Shown here in pieces: positions 1-10,515 of a stretch of 64,000 bases of DNA. A model generated the notes under the pieces. The model ran no database searches and was not told where the DNA came from. It worked only from the letters and a program-made list of their open reading frames with translations. The stretch is from a marine bacterium B5-7. GTDB lineage: Bacteria; Pseudomonadota; Gammaproteobacteria; Arenicellales; CAJQKF01. Within the stretch, counting starts at the first letter, position 1. Each line of letters opens with the position of its first letter. The stretch covers positions 4,256-68,255 of the forward strand of contig BQJD01000014.1 in NCBI GenBank assembly GCA_021604525.1, given 5' to 3'. Both the position numbers and the translations under genes were made by a program.

Positions 1-173
1 ATCCCTGCAACGCGACCCTGAGGTCAACGGTGAATCGGAACAGAATGCTTTAAATGATGGTTCATCATCATTGACAATCGATCAACGCGCCGTGACGGCT
101 TTGCGTTAACTGCACCTGCATGAAATGCAGAATATCCTCACATACTATTTGTTAGCATTTTAATTCCAACGCG

Positions 174-920
174 TTGAACGATCTTGAGAGCTGGCAATAC
201 ATTGCCATTGGCCTGATGTTTGTCTGGGGCGGCACGGTGCGCTCAGGCCTTGGTTTCGGTGGCGCCGCACTGACTCTGCCGTTACTTTTACTCATAGTAG
301 ATAACCCGGTGATATTCCTGCCGATTATCGGCATTCAACTTGTCATATTCGGGCTGGTGACTATCGGCGTTCGGCCGACTCATGTGGATTACGCCTATCT
401 CGCGCGCAGCCTTGTGATTATTTTGCCATTCAAGTTTGTGGGCGTGTTCGGCTTGTTGAGTCTGCCGGCAAACGTTCTTACCGCCATGGTTTATGCCATC
501 ACGCTGTTTTATGCGATCGGCTATTTGACAGGTATACAGATTCAAAGTCGCAGTCGAATATCCGATTCGATTCTGCTCGCTGCCGGTGGTTATGTCAGTG
601 GCACATCGTTAATCGGTGCGCCACTGATTATTGCCGTGTATGTCAAATATGTAGCGCGTGAGAACCTGCGTGAAACGCTGTTTGTATTATGGATAATTCT
701 GGTCGTCATTAAGTTGGCGGCATTTGTTGGAACCGGTACCAATTTGCAACTTGTACATCAGTTATGGCTGTTTCCCTGTGCGTTAATCGGCCACTTGCTG
801 GGGTTAAGGCCCCATCACCACCTGCAGCAAGCTCGGCCGGAAACGTTCATGCGTGTGATCGGACTCGCGCTGCTGGTTATCACAGTAATCGGTATAACCG
901 TTAACTTTATTGTTGCTTAA
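174..920 (+). CDS. TSUP / TauE-SafE (DUF81) family membrane permease
   Basis: 248-aa polytopic hydrophobic ORF. The Gly-rich N-terminal segment GGTVRSGLGFGGAALTLPLL is typical of the family. The TTG start is uncertain. Confidence 0.65.
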   Translation: MNDLESWQYIAIGLMFVWGGTVRSGLGFGGAALTLPLLLLIVDNPVIFLPIIGIQLVIFGLVTIGVRPTHVDYAYLARSLVIILPFKFVGVFGLLSLPANVLTAMVYAITLFYAIGYLTGIQIQSRSRISDSILLAAGGYVSGTSLIGAPLIIAVYVKYVARENLRETLFVLWIILVVIKLAAFVGTGTNLQLVHQLWLFPCALIGHLLGLRPHHHLQQARPETFMRVIGLALLVITVIGITVNFIVA

Positions 921-1013
921 GTATTGAGTGGCGAGAAACTCGCAGCGCTTGTGTCGCGGCCGGCTAACCTCCATATTCACGGTTCCATTTGAACGATTCA
1001 ACGAAATTACCTT

Positions 1014-2465
1014 ATGTCAGATTCCGTTAAAGCTGCCCAAACCCAATTGCTGGAACCCGCCGGTATCGGCAACAGTCAGATTGATGAACTGCTTGGCGTG
1101 CTTCGTTCGCGCCAGATCGACGACGGCGACCTGTATTTTCAGTATACGAGTCATGAAAGCTGGTCGCTAGAGGATGGTACCGTTAAGTCTGGTAGCCGTA
1201 ATATTGACCAAGGGGTAGGTATTCGTGCTGTCAACGGCGACAAGACCGGTTTTGCCTATTCCGACGAATTACACATGCCGGTTTTGACCAGGGCGGCAGG
1301 TGCAGCACGGGAAATCGCGGTGTTGGGCGGTACCGACAAGGTAATGAACAAGGGTTTGTCGATAATCGAGCCGGGCAAACGGCTCTATGCACCTGCCGAT
1401 CCGCTGGCAAGCCTTGACGATAAAGACAAGGTGGCACTGCTAAAAACCGTCGAACAAGTGGCGCGTTCGGTCGACCCCCGTGTTAAGCAGGTCATGGCAA
1501 GCGTCTCGGCGGTTCAGCAGACGATTCTGATAGTTCGCCACGATGGCGCCATGAGCGCTGATGTAAGACCCCTGGTGCGATTGAATGTATCGGTCATTGC
1601 CGAGCACGAAGGCCGCCGCGAACAGGGATCCCATGGCGGTGGCGGCCGGGTCGATTACCAATATTTTTTAAATGAGAACCGGGCTGAGAGCTATGCCCGC
1701 GAGGCGGTGAGACAGGCGCTGGTCAATCTCGAAGCGGTTGACGCGCCGGCTGGTAACATGACGGTGGTTTTGGGTCCTGGATGGCCTGGCATCATTCTGC
1801 ATGAGGCCATCGGCCACGGACTCGAAGGCGATTTCAATCGCAAGGGCAGTTCAGCATTCGCCGGGCGAATCGGCGAGCGGGTAGCCACGGATGAATGTAC
1901 TGTGGTTGATGATGGCACGCTACCTGAACGTCGCGGTTCACTCAGCATCGACGACGAAGGCACCATCACCCAGCAAACCGTGCTGATCGAAAAGGGAATT
2001 CTTAAAGGCTATATGCAGGATCGCATGAACGCCCGATTGACAGGCGTTGCCTCTACCGGTAACGGACGCCGGGAATCTTATGCGCATCTGCCGATGCCGC
2101 GCATGACTAACACCTACATGCTGGCGGGACAACGCGATCCAGGTGAGATTCTGGAGTCAGTAAAAAACGGAATCTATGCAGTCAGTTTCGGGGGTGGCCA
2201 GGTGGATATCACCTCCGGTAAGTTTGTGTTCTCGGCAAACGAGGCGTACATGATCGAAAATGGGCGCATCGCCGCACCGGTCAAAGGCGCCACGTTTATC
2301 GGCAACGGCCCTGATGTATTGACCCGGGTGTCCATGGTGGGTAACGACCTGGAACTCGATAGCGGTGTCGGCACTTGCGGCAAGGAAGGCCAGAGCGTGC
2401 CGGTCGGTGTCGGTCAGCCGACGTTGCGAATTGACGGAATTACCGTCGGCGGAGTCAACGTCTAG
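1014..2465 (+). CDS. tldD: Metalloprotease TldD
   Basis: 483 aa with the [11 protein letters not shown] zinc-protease motif. The length and C-terminal GGQVD...GKF region are typical of TldD. Its partner pmbA follows. Confidence 0.92.
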   Translation: MSDSVKAAQTQLLEPAGIGNSQIDELLGVLRSRQIDDGDLYFQYTSHESWSLEDGTVKSGSRNIDQGVGIRAVNGDKTGFAYSDELHMPVLTRAAGAAREIAVLGGTDKVMNKGLSIIEPGKRLYAPADPLASLDDKDKVALLKTVEQVARSVDPRVKQVMASVSAVQQTILIVRHDGAMSADVRPLVRLNVSVIAEHEGRREQGSHGGGGRVDYQYFLNENRAESYAREAVRQALVNLEAVDAPAGNMTVVLGPGWPGIILHEAIGHGLEGDFNRKGSSAFAGRIGERVATDECTVVDDGTLPERRGSLSIDDEGTITQQTVLIEKGILKGYMQDRMNARLTGVASTGNGRRESYAHLPMPRMTNTYMLAGQRDPGEILESVKNGIYAVSFGGGQVDITSGKFVFSANEAYMIENGRIAAPVKGATFIGNGPDVLTRVSMVGNDLELDSGVGTCGKEGQSVPVGVGQPTLRIDGITVGGVNV

Positions 2466-2574
2466 CACGCATGCGACAACCTGCAAATGGTTGCGATGAC
2501 ATTGAAATCCATCACTAATAATTTAAACGGCGGACCGCCGTCGTACCATCTTTCAATTATCGAGGTTTAGATTC

Positions 2575-3933
2575 TTGACCCAGGATATTCAGACTAAAAG
2601 CACCGCCCCGTCCTTGAACGAACAAGAGCTGCATGATGCCCTCGATGTAGCCTTGGAACGCGCCAGTACACGGGGTGCCAGCAGTGCCGAGGCTGTCGCC
2701 AGCACCGGCGAGGGTTTGAGTGTCAACGTGCGAATGGGCGAGACTGAAACCATCGAACATCACCGCGACAAAGGCTTGGTAGTGACCGTATATGACGGCC
2801 ATCGGAGTGGCTCCGCCAGTACCTCGGATTATCGACGAGAAGCGGTGATCGCAGCGGTCGACGCGGCCATCAGTATTGCCGAACTCACCGAGGAAGACAG
2901 CGCTAACGGCTTGCCGGATGCCGATCGTCTGGCCACAGAATTTCCTGATCTCGATCTTTATCACCCGATGGAATTGTCGGTCGATGACGCAACTGCTGAT
3001 GCCATTCGCTGTGAAGACGCTGCGCGCGCGGTGGATTCACGCATCGTTAATTCGGAAGGTGCCGGTATGTCCATGGATCGAGGTATCGATGTCTTTGGCA
3101 ACTCGCTCGGCTTTCGTGGCATCAGTCGGCGTACGCGCTATTCGTTGAGCTGCGCGGTTATCGGCAAGACCGACCAGGGCATGCAGCGCGACTACTGGTA
3201 TCACACAACCCGGCATCGCGGTGATCTGGACAGCAGTGAGGAGATTGGTCGCCGCGCGGGTGAGCGTACGGCGCGACGCCTCGATGCACGACGCGTTAGC
3301 ACAGCCAAGGTTCCGGTCCTGTTTGAGGCGCCGGTGGCGTCTTCGTTGCTGTCGCACTTGATTGGCGCGATCAGCGGCGGCGCGCTGTATCGCAATGCGT
3401 CGTTCCTGATCGACCATGTCGGCAAGCTAATCTTCCCGCAATTCGTTCGCATTCACGAAGCACCACTATTGCCCCGTGCCATGGGCAGCGCGAGTTTCGA
3501 CAATGAGGGTGTTGCTACTTACGCGCGCGACATTGTCAGTGACGGCGTGTTGCGCGGTTATGTCCTGGGTAGTTATTCAGCCCGACGACTTGAGCTTGAG
3601 ACCACGGGTAACTCCGGTGGTGTACACAACCTCATAATTGAATCTGGTGAACATGATTTTGCTGGATTATTAGCCGACATGAACCGTGGTCTGCTGGTGA
3701 CGGAGCTGGCCGGCTTCGGCGTAAACACGGTGACCGGCGATTACTCGCGGGGTGCGTCAGGCTTCTGGGTTGAAAATGGCGAGATTGCTTACCCGGTCGA
3801 GGAAATTACCATCGCCGGTAATCTCAAAGAGATGTTCAAGGGCTTGGTTGCTGTGGGCAGCGATGTTGACTTACGCGGTAACTATCGTACGGGTTCAATA
3901 TTGATTGACCACATGACGGTGGCTGGCGAATAA
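2575..3933 (+). CDS. pmbA: Metalloprotease PmbA (TldE)
   Basis: 452 aa with a TTG start. The PmbA-like C-terminus is VTGDYSRGASGFWVENGEIAYPV. It lies next to tldD. Confidence 0.88.
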   Translation: MTQDIQTKSTAPSLNEQELHDALDVALERASTRGASSAEAVASTGEGLSVNVRMGETETIEHHRDKGLVVTVYDGHRSGSASTSDYRREAVIAAVDAAISIAELTEEDSANGLPDADRLATEFPDLDLYHPMELSVDDATADAIRCEDAARAVDSRIVNSEGAGMSMDRGIDVFGNSLGFRGISRRTRYSLSCAVIGKTDQGMQRDYWYHTTRHRGDLDSSEEIGRRAGERTARRLDARRVSTAKVPVLFEAPVASSLLSHLIGAISGGALYRNASFLIDHVGKLIFPQFVRIHEAPLLPRAMGSASFDNEGVATYARDIVSDGVLRGYVLGSYSARRLELETTGNSGGVHNLIIESGEHDFAGLLADMNRGLLVTELAGFGVNTVTGDYSRGASGFWVENGEIAYPVEEITIAGNLKEMFKGLVAVGSDVDLRGNYRTGSILIDHMTVAGE

Positions 3934-3971
3934 CGTCGGCCATCCTTAGTGAGATAATCTGGTATTGCTCG

Positions 3972-4265
3972 TTACATCTCCGATTCCTGTTGCCGCACTT
4001 TTGGCTCGGGTTTCGAAGTAGGTTGGGCATCACGGGTGGAACCTGAATCCTGTGATGATGCGCCGACCTGTTTTTTACGGGTCGTGTCGTCATCGCTATC
4101 TGCTTGATCCTGAGCGGGTGGCATTTCGTCGTCATCCATGAGAATTGAGTAGGCAGGCCCTTCGAGATCATCGAACTGGCCCGATCTGACTGCCCATAAA
4201 AACCCCACGATGATTATCAATACCAGCACGGCGGCGAGCGGTATGAGAAGGTAGATTGCTTCCAT
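3972..4265 (-). CDS. ccoS: cbb3 oxidase maturation protein CcoS/FixS with an extended acidic C-terminal tail
   Basis: The N-terminal single TM and signature are MEAIYLLIPLAAVLVLIIIVGFLWAVRSGQFDDLEGPA. The gene is 12 nt downstream of ccoI on the same strand. Confidence 0.8.
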   Translation of the reverse strand: MEAIYLLIPLAAVLVLIIIVGFLWAVRSGQFDDLEGPAYSILMDDDEMPPAQDQADSDDDTTRKKQVGASSQDSGSTRDAQPTSKPEPKVRQQESEM

Positions 4266-4277
4266 TATGGTTTGATG

Positions 4278-6749
4278 TCAGCCGGATTTTAGCCGCGTGG
4301 CATTGCTGATCACGATCAGTGAACTGAGCGACATGCCGAGCGCTGCCAACCACGGAGCGACCAGGCCAAGTGCTGCTGCCGGAACTGCCAGAGCGTTGTA
4401 TCCAATTGCCCAGATGAGATTCTGCTTCATGATTGTCAAGGTGCGCTTGCTGCAATCGTAAGTACTAACGACTGCGTATATCTGTTTCGATAGGGACACG
4501 ATATCGGCACTCGATATGGCCATGGCGCTAGCGCCGTGAGTGCTGAAAGATACATTGGCGCCCGCCAGAACCGGTGCATCGTTGATGCCGTCTCCGACCA
4601 TGGTAACGATCTCGCCAGCCGACTGCCAGCGTTTCACTGCATCGAGTTTATCTGCCGGCGTGCAATCTGCGATGACTTCATCCATCCCGAGTTCATCCGC
4701 AACAGCGCGCGCTACCCTTTCATCATCGCCGCTTAACAATATTGTCTTCATGCCGCGCGCTTCGAGCGCATCAATGGTCGCCTTGCTGTCTGGCCGTAAC
4801 TCGTCGCGCAAGTGAAATCGACCCATAACTTCACTATCGGTGGCCAGAAAAATCTCACTTTCCGAGCTATCAATACAACTGGAATGAAACCCGTCAGGAA
4901 GTGTCGCCGAGGTCTGTGATTCAATCAAGGCAGGATTGCCAAGCCAGTAATTACAGCCATCAATCCGGCCGCAAACTCCGGCGCCGGGCATGCTTTTGGC
5001 GGACTCTACAAACGATAACTCGGCATCGTTTCCCACGGCCCGCATAAAGGCCTGTGCCATTGGGTGTTCGGATCCGGATTCAAGGGCTGCGGCAATGTGT
5101 ATCAGGCGATCATTATCGCCCGGGTTCTGAGGCACCTGGTGGCCATTTTTGAACTGATCAACTCGTGTTATGGCCGGCTTGCCCAGAGTCAATGTACCTG
5201 TTTTATCGAAAACGAATAAGGTGGTTTTTGGAAGGGTTTCGAGGGCTGTTTCAGAAGTCACCAATATCTTGTCGCGCATCAATCGGGCAATCGTGGCGCT
5301 GATCGCCGTGGGTACCGCCAGTGACAGGGCGCAGGGACAGGACACCACCAGCACCGAGATCGTGATGGCGAGCCAGCGCGGTTCACCATGCAAGAACCAG
5401 AATATCGCGACCAGGACTGCAAGCACCAATATGGTTGCCACAAAGTAAGCCGCGACCCTGTCGGCGAGCTGTCCGATTGCTGGTTTTTCGGCAAATGCCT
5501 GGCTGAGTAGTCGATCGATCTCTGCCAGCAGTGATTCGTTACCGACTCGCGTCACCCGAACAACCAGCGGTGATCGGGTATTGATGCTGCCGCCGATGAC
5601 AGGCTGTCCCGGACCTCGCGAGACCGGCAGGCTCTCGCCGGTAAGAATGGATTCATCGATTCCTGACTCGCCCGAGACCACCACGCCGTCGGCAGCGATG
5701 GTATCGCCCGGACGAATCACAACAAGGTCATCCTCTTTGAGATCGATGGCGGCAACGTTCTCCTGCCTGCCAGTGATGTTGCCATCGAGCAGACGGCGGG
5801 CGCTCAAAGGTTTGATGGCGCCGATGCCCTGTGCCGCCCGCATCGCGCGCATGCGGCTGGATAACTCAAAGTAGCGGGCAGCGAGTAGAAACAGGATGAA
5901 CATGCACACCGATTCGAAGTACACAGCCCCTTCACCACTGATCACATGCCAGGTGCTGGCCAAAAATGCCAGGCCTATTCCAATACTCACGGGCACATCC
6001 ATGCCGACGCGCTTGAGCCGTAAGTCAGTGATGGCATTTTTAAAAAAGCTTCGGCCTGAATAGACCAGCACCGGTAACGTTAACAAGAGGGCGACGCGCC
6101 TGAAGAATTGCTCAAATTCGGCTTCCATTCCGTACCAGTCACCGGCATACAGTGCGACGGTGAGAATCATGACCTGCATCCCCAGCGCGGCGGCGACGCC
6201 TATTTGCCGAAGCAGGGTTTTACGCTGTTCGGCCAGGACGATCTGCTGCCGGTTTGCATCGAACGGGTGGGCTTTATAACCGATGGCGTGTATCGCCGCG
6301 AGAATATCGCTCAGGTGTATCGACTCGTTGTCCCAGGTTACGCTTGCCTGCTGGGTGCTGTAGTTGATCGATACTTCGCTGACTCCCGGCAGGGAGCGCA
6401 GGTGGCGTTCGTTCAACCAGATGCAGGCCGCGCATTCAATCCCCTCGAGAGCGAGATTTGCCTGCCTGACGGACCCCTGCTGGACCACTACGAACGTTCG
6501 CTGAATGGCTTCATGATCGTAGACCAGGAGCTGATCGAGGTCCTGAAGGATGGCACCCTTGAGACTTTTCGGGTTAGCCGTTCGGTGAGAGTAGTAGTCG
6601 CCAAGCCCCTCTTTTTCGATCACATCGGCGACCGCCGCGCAACCAGGACAACACATGACGCGCTGCATCCCACCGATTACCGCAAAGTAGCCATCAGCGG
6701 TGTGTGCAGGCAGTCCGCAATGAAAGCACAGAGTAGATGGATCAGTCAC
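4278..6749 (-). CDS. ccoI: Copper-translocating P1B-type ATPase CcoI/FixI
   Basis: 823 aa with CPC (VSCPCAL), DKTGTLT, GDGINDAP, and N-terminal CxxC/HMA-like motifs (CFHCGLP, CCPGC, ECAAC). It is adjacent to ccoS and divergent from ccoN. Confidence 0.9.
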   Translation of the reverse strand: MTDPSTLCFHCGLPAHTADGYFAVIGGMQRVMCCPGCAAVADVIEKEGLGDYYSHRTANPKSLKGAILQDLDQLLVYDHEAIQRTFVVVQQGSVRQANLALEGIECAACIWLNERHLRSLPGVSEVSINYSTQQASVTWDNESIHLSDILAAIHAIGYKAHPFDANRQQIVLAEQRKTLLRQIGVAAALGMQVMILTVALYAGDWYGMEAEFEQFFRRVALLLTLPVLVYSGRSFFKNAITDLRLKRVGMDVPVSIGIGLAFLASTWHVISGEGAVYFESVCMFILFLLAARYFELSSRMRAMRAAQGIGAIKPLSARRLLDGNITGRQENVAAIDLKEDDLVVIRPGDTIAADGVVVSGESGIDESILTGESLPVSRGPGQPVIGGSINTRSPLVVRVTRVGNESLLAEIDRLLSQAFAEKPAIGQLADRVAAYFVATILVLAVLVAIFWFLHGEPRWLAITISVLVVSCPCALSLAVPTAISATIARLMRDKILVTSETALETLPKTTLFVFDKTGTLTLGKPAITRVDQFKNGHQVPQNPGDNDRLIHIAAALESGSEHPMAQAFMRAVGNDAELSFVESAKSMPGAGVCGRIDGCNYWLGNPALIESQTSATLPDGFHSSCIDSSESEIFLATDSEVMGRFHLRDELRPDSKATIDALEARGMKTILLSGDDERVARAVADELGMDEVIADCTPADKLDAVKRWQSAGEIVTMVGDGINDAPVLAGANVSFSTHGASAMAISSADIVSLSKQIYAVVSTYDCSKRTLTIMKQNLIWAIGYNALAVPAAALGLVAPWLAALGMSLSSLIVISNATRLKSG

Positions 6750-6801
6750 ACAAATTGGCTTATTTTTGAGAGTTTAAAATGTTAGTGTTGCATTGCAAAG
6801 C

Positions 6802-6815
6802 GTGATTTTCATCAA
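6802..6815. promoter_or_regulatory. Fnr/Anr-type box GTGATTTTCATCAA (9/10 match to TTGAT-N4-ATCAA)
   Basis: Read directly from the ccoI/ccoN divergent intergenic region. An fnr gene is present in the window. Confidence 0.55.
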
Positions 6816-6831
6816 TGGATAAAAACTAAAA

Positions 6832-6845
6832 TTGATATAAATCAA
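6832..6845. promoter_or_regulatory. Fnr/Anr box TTGATATAAATCAA (perfect TTGAT-N4-ATCAA)
   Basis: Perfect palindromic consensus, 30 bp from the first box, between ccoI(-) and ccoN(+). Confidence 0.7.
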
Positions 6846-7028
6846 CTTCGCAGTATTGCGATGCTGAGACAATTCGTCGCGTCTTGCATTAGAGGTGTTT
6901 CGTCGACTGTTTGTGTGCAGAAATGCCGTTGTAATTGTGTGTTAATTATCACGTGGTCACGACGGACGATGATAACAGGAACGTTTCTACATTCGATTTT
7001 TCCGTGATATGTAAAGGGTCAGGATATA

Positions 7029-8452
7029 TGAGCACGAGTGAAACCTATAACTACAAAGTAGTTCGTCAATTCGCAGTAGTGACGGTAATCTGGGGAGTTG
7101 TCGGTATGCTTGTTGGCGTTCTCATCGCTGCACAACTTGCTTTTCCAGCATTGAATTTCGATACCCCCTGGCTATCTTTTGGCCGGCTTCGTCCGTTGCA
7201 TACCAATGCGGTCATATTTGCCTTTGGCGGATCGGCGCTGTTCGCGACGTCTTACTATGTCGTTCAACGCACCTGTCATGCGCGTCTGTTTGGCGGGCCA
7301 TTGGCCGCTGTGACATTCTGGGGATGGCAGCTCATCATCGTGCTCGCGGTGATCACGCTGCCGCTCGGTTACACCGCATCCAAGGAATATGCCGAACTTG
7401 AATGGCCGATTGATATATTGATTACCATCGTGTGGGTGCTCTACGCCATCGTGTTCTTTGGCACCATTGGCAAACGCAAGGTCAAGCATATCTACGTAGC
7501 CAACTGGTTTTTCGGTGCGTATATCCTGACTATCGCTATCCTGCATATTTTTAACAGCCTGGCGATTCCTGCCTCAATGACCAAGTCGTACTCGGTCTAC
7601 GCCGGGGTTCAGGATGCCATGGTGCAATGGTGGTATGGCCACAACGCAGTGGGTTTTTTCCTGACGGCCGGATTTCTCGGCATCATGTACTACTTCATCC
7701 CCAAGCAGGCTGAACGACCGGTGTATTCCTATCGCTTGAGCGTCGTGCACTTCTGGGCGTTGATCTTTACCTACATCTGGGCAGGTCCTCATCACCTCCA
7801 CTACAGCGCATTGCCGGAGTGGACCCAAAGCATCGGCATGGTATTTTCACTGGTGCTGTTGGCACCGTCCTGGGGTGGCATGATCAACGGTATCATGACG
7901 CTGTCGGGTGCTTGGGAGAAGTTGCGTACCGACCCGATCCTGAAGTTTCTGGTGGTATCGGTATCGTTCTACGGTATGTCGACTTTCGAAGGGCCGATGA
8001 TGTCCATCAAGACCGTCAACGCACTATCTCACTATACCGACTGGACCATCGGTCACGTCCACTCCGGTGCGCTTGGCTGGGTTGGTATGGTGACCATTGG
8101 TGCTATCTATTTTCTGATTCCGCCTCTGTTTGGCAAGCGTGAGTTATACAGTACCAGGCTGGTCGATGCGCATTTCTGGCTGGCGACCATCGGCATCGTT
8201 TTGTACATCACCGCCATGTGGATATCCGGTGTCATGCAAGGTCTGATGTGGCGTGCGGTAAACCCCGATGGCACGCTGACCTACAGCTTCATCGAGAGTG
8301 TACAGGCCATGCATCCGTATTACCTGATTCGTCTGTCAGGTGGTCTGATCTACCTGACTGGGATGCTGCTGATGGCCTACAACGTGTTTCGCACCATTGC
8401 CGGCGCGCGTGAGGCTGATACCACGATACCGGCTCCAGCTCACGCAGCTTAA
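7029..8452 (+). CDS. ccoN: cbb3-type cytochrome c oxidase subunit I (CcoN)
   Basis: Polytopic haem-copper oxidase sequence ([42 protein letters not shown]). I trimmed the start to the ATG at 7029 ([12 protein letters not shown]); the track ORF from 6935 is an upstream extension. Confidence 0.95.
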
Positions 8453-8492
8453 GTCGCATATACATTCGAACAGTCTAAAGGTCATTGTAACA

Positions 8493-9104
8493 ATGGGACT
8501 ACAGAAAAAATCTGAAACCAACCTGTTCTGGCTGATCGTGTTGATCATCCTGACGGTGAGTGTCGGCGGCATCGTACAAATCGTGCCGCTGTACTATCAA
8601 AAATCCACCACCGAAGCAGTAGCCGGGCTGACGCCGTATCCGGCGCTTCAACTCGCTGGACGCGACATCTATCAAAAAGAGGGTTGCATGAGTTGCCACT
8701 CACAGATGATTCGTCCATTCCGTGCCGAGACCGAACGCTATGGACACTATTCGGTCGCCGGTGAGTTCGTCTATGACCATCCGTTTCTCTGGAGCTCGAA
8801 AAGAACCGGGCCGGATCTTGCTCGTGTCGGTGGTCGATACAGTGACGAGTGGCATCGCGTTCACATGATCAATCCACGCGATGTGGTTCCTGAATCCATC
8901 ATGCCGTCGTATCCGTGGCTCGATAATAATGAAATCGACGGCCCAACGATTCAAAAGCATATGACGGCACTTCAGACCATCGGTGTACCGTACAGCGATG
9001 AGGAAATTGCTGCAGCCGCTGACGCTGTTTCCGGTAAAACTGAAATGGACGCACTGATTGCCTATCTGCAGGGCCTCGGTATACACGTCAAGATTCGGAG
9101 ATAG
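8493..9104 (+). CDS. ccoO: cbb3-type cytochrome c oxidase subunit II, monohaem (CcoO)
   Basis: Begins [14 protein letters not shown] with an N-terminal TM and the CMSCHSQ haem motif. The start is trimmed from 8397 to the ATG at 8493. Confidence 0.94.
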   Translation: MGLQKKSETNLFWLIVLIILTVSVGGIVQIVPLYYQKSTTEAVAGLTPYPALQLAGRDIYQKEGCMSCHSQMIRPFRAETERYGHYSVAGEFVYDHPFLWSSKRTGPDLARVGGRYSDEWHRVHMINPRDVVPESIMPSYPWLDNNEIDGPTIQKHMTALQTIGVPYSDEEIAAAADAVSGKTEMDALIAYLQGLGIHVKIRR

Positions 9105-9106
9105 TC

Positions 9107-9292
9107 GTGACACTTATACAGATTGTCTGGACCGTGATCGCATTTGTCATATTTATCGGCATCGTCATATGGGCTTACAGCTCGAAGCAGAAAGAACGAT
9201 TCGATGAAGCGGCGCAATTACCGCTCGATGATGATTACGAACCCGATCCTGTAAAGGGTTCAAAAGTTACCCGGGAGAACAACAATGGCTGA
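9107..9292 (+). CDS. ccoQ: cbb3 oxidase small subunit CcoQ
   Basis: 61 aa, single TM, GTG start 3 nt after the ccoO stop. It overlaps the ccoP start by 8 nt and sits in the canonical position. Confidence 0.8.
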   Translation: MTLIQIVWTVIAFVIFIGIVIWAYSSKQKERFDEAAQLPLDDDYEPDPVKGSKVTRENNNG

Positions 9293-10187
9293 TTTCGTCG
9301 ATCCTTCATGGCACTGGTTTATCGTTATCGCGACCATCGTATCGCTGCTCGCCTGTCTGTGGCTGGTTTTGGCGAATCGTCGTTCCGATAGTGATTCTGT
9401 TGAAGGAGAACCTACCGGTCATGTATGGGATGAAGACCTGCGCGAGTTGAACAATCCTCTGCCGCGATGGTGGTTCAACCTGTTCTTGATCACTCTGATC
9501 TTTGGTGGCGTATACCTGGTGCTGTATCCGGGGCTTGGATCGTTTCCCGGGGTGCTTCACTGGACGCAGCTTGAGCAATACCAGGACGAAGTTGCCGAAG
9601 CAAATGCGACCTACAATCCGTTGTTCGAGAAGTTCATGAGTACCGACATTCCGGCTCTGGTTAAAAACAAGGAGGCCCAAGTGGCCGGTGAACGCTTGTT
9701 CGCGAACTATTGTACTCAATGCCATGGATCGGATGCGCGAGGTGCACCGGGCTTTCCCAATTTGCGTGATGACGCCTGGTTGTATGGTGGTTCGCCAGAG
9801 GCTATTACGCAGACTCTGACCAATGGCCGCAGAGGCGTGATGCCGGCATGGGCTGGAGCACTGGGCGAGGAGGGTGTTGAGAATGTGACCAGTTATGTTG
9901 AAAGTCTCGCCGGTCGTGATGTCGATGCCGACATGGCAGCCAAGGGTAAGGAAAAATTCAACATGCTCTGCATTGCCTGTCATCTACCCGACGGGACCGG
10001 CAACCAGGCACTCGGCGCGCCGAATCTGACAGACGATGACTGGCTATATGGTGGAACGCGACGCACTATTAGTGAAAGTATTGCAAATGGTCGTAACGGT
10101 GTCATGCCGGCCCATGGCGAATTTCTTGGTGAAGCTAAGATTCATGTGCTCGCAGCGTATGTCTATGGGCTCTCGAAGAATAACTGA
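9285..10187 (+). CDS. ccoP: cbb3 oxidase dihaem cytochrome c subunit CcoP
   Basis: 300 aa with an N-terminal TM, two CxxCH motifs (CTQCHG, CIACHL) and the repeated WLYGG motif. Confidence 0.93.
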   Translation: MADFVDPSWHWFIVIATIVSLLACLWLVLANRRSDSDSVEGEPTGHVWDEDLRELNNPLPRWWFNLFLITLIFGGVYLVLYPGLGSFPGVLHWTQLEQYQDEVAEANATYNPLFEKFMSTDIPALVKNKEAQVAGERLFANYCTQCHGSDARGAPGFPNLRDDAWLYGGSPEAITQTLTNGRRGVMPAWAGALGEEGVENVTSYVESLAGRDVDADMAAKGKEKFNMLCIACHLPDGTGNQALGAPNLTDDDWLYGGTRRTISESIANGRNGVMPAHGEFLGEAKIHVLAAYVYGLSKNN

Positions 10188-10231
10188 AAATGTTAAACGT
10201 CAACATGTCAGTAGAGATGATTGTGTAAACA

Positions 10232-10480
10232 ATGGCAATTCCAGTTATACAAAAAGCCGTGGCAATCTTTTGGTCATCATTCATCATGGCGGGTGTTGCC
10301 ACGTTGGTTTTCTTTGCCGTCTTCGATCCTTTTGAACTGATTGCGCCCACATGGTTTCCAAATCTCAGCCGACTTGGAGCCTACTCCATTGGTTTTTTTC
10401 TTTTCTGGATGCTTACGCTATCAACGTCTTTGTTGACAAGTTTTTTTCAACGCCCCGTTGAGCAGTTCAATAAATCCTGA
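10232..10480 (+). CDS. Small two-TM membrane protein of unknown function, between ccoP and ccoG
   Basis: 82-aa hydrophobic ORF in the operon gap. No recognisable motif. Confidence 0.45.
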   Translation: MAIPVIQKAVAIFWSSFIMAGVATLVFFAVFDPFELIAPTWFPNLSRLGAYSIGFFLFWMLTLSTSLLTSFFQRPVEQFNKS

Positions 10481-10515
10481 GCCTGGACTACCGGGCTAAG
10501 CGGAGTCAATTATTC

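Noticed and set aside
2-109. Open frame entering from the left edge (35 codons, ...DGSSSLTIDQRAVTALR stop)
   Set aside because: It is probably the 3' end of an upstream gene, but it is too short to identify, so it is not listed as a feature.
2527-2541. 15-nt perfect palindrome ACGGCGGACCGCCGT between tldD and pmbA
   Set aside because: It could form only a 6-bp stem with a 3-nt loop and is not followed by a T-tract. This is insufficient to call a terminator or operator.
6108-6785. 225-aa plus-strand ORF
   Set aside because: It is entirely antisense to ccoI, which has unambiguous P-type ATPase motifs. The composition is Arg/Gly/Asp-rich, typical of a shadow frame in GC-rich coding DNA.
6935-7028. 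N-terminal extensions in the ORF track (ccoN 6935, ccoO 8397, hemN 15810, proC to 21245, pilU 23182, IMPase 38772, tkt 39833, pgk 43309, repeat protein 47444, soxX 53647, Trx 56162, DUF302 58593)
   Set aside because: The extensions lack RBSs, overlap neighbouring genes, or precede conserved family N-termini or signal peptides. I used internal starts with RBS or homology-typical N-termini instead.
9306-9983. 225-aa minus-strand ORF
   Set aside because: It is antisense to ccoP, whose two CxxCH motifs and operon context are conclusive.
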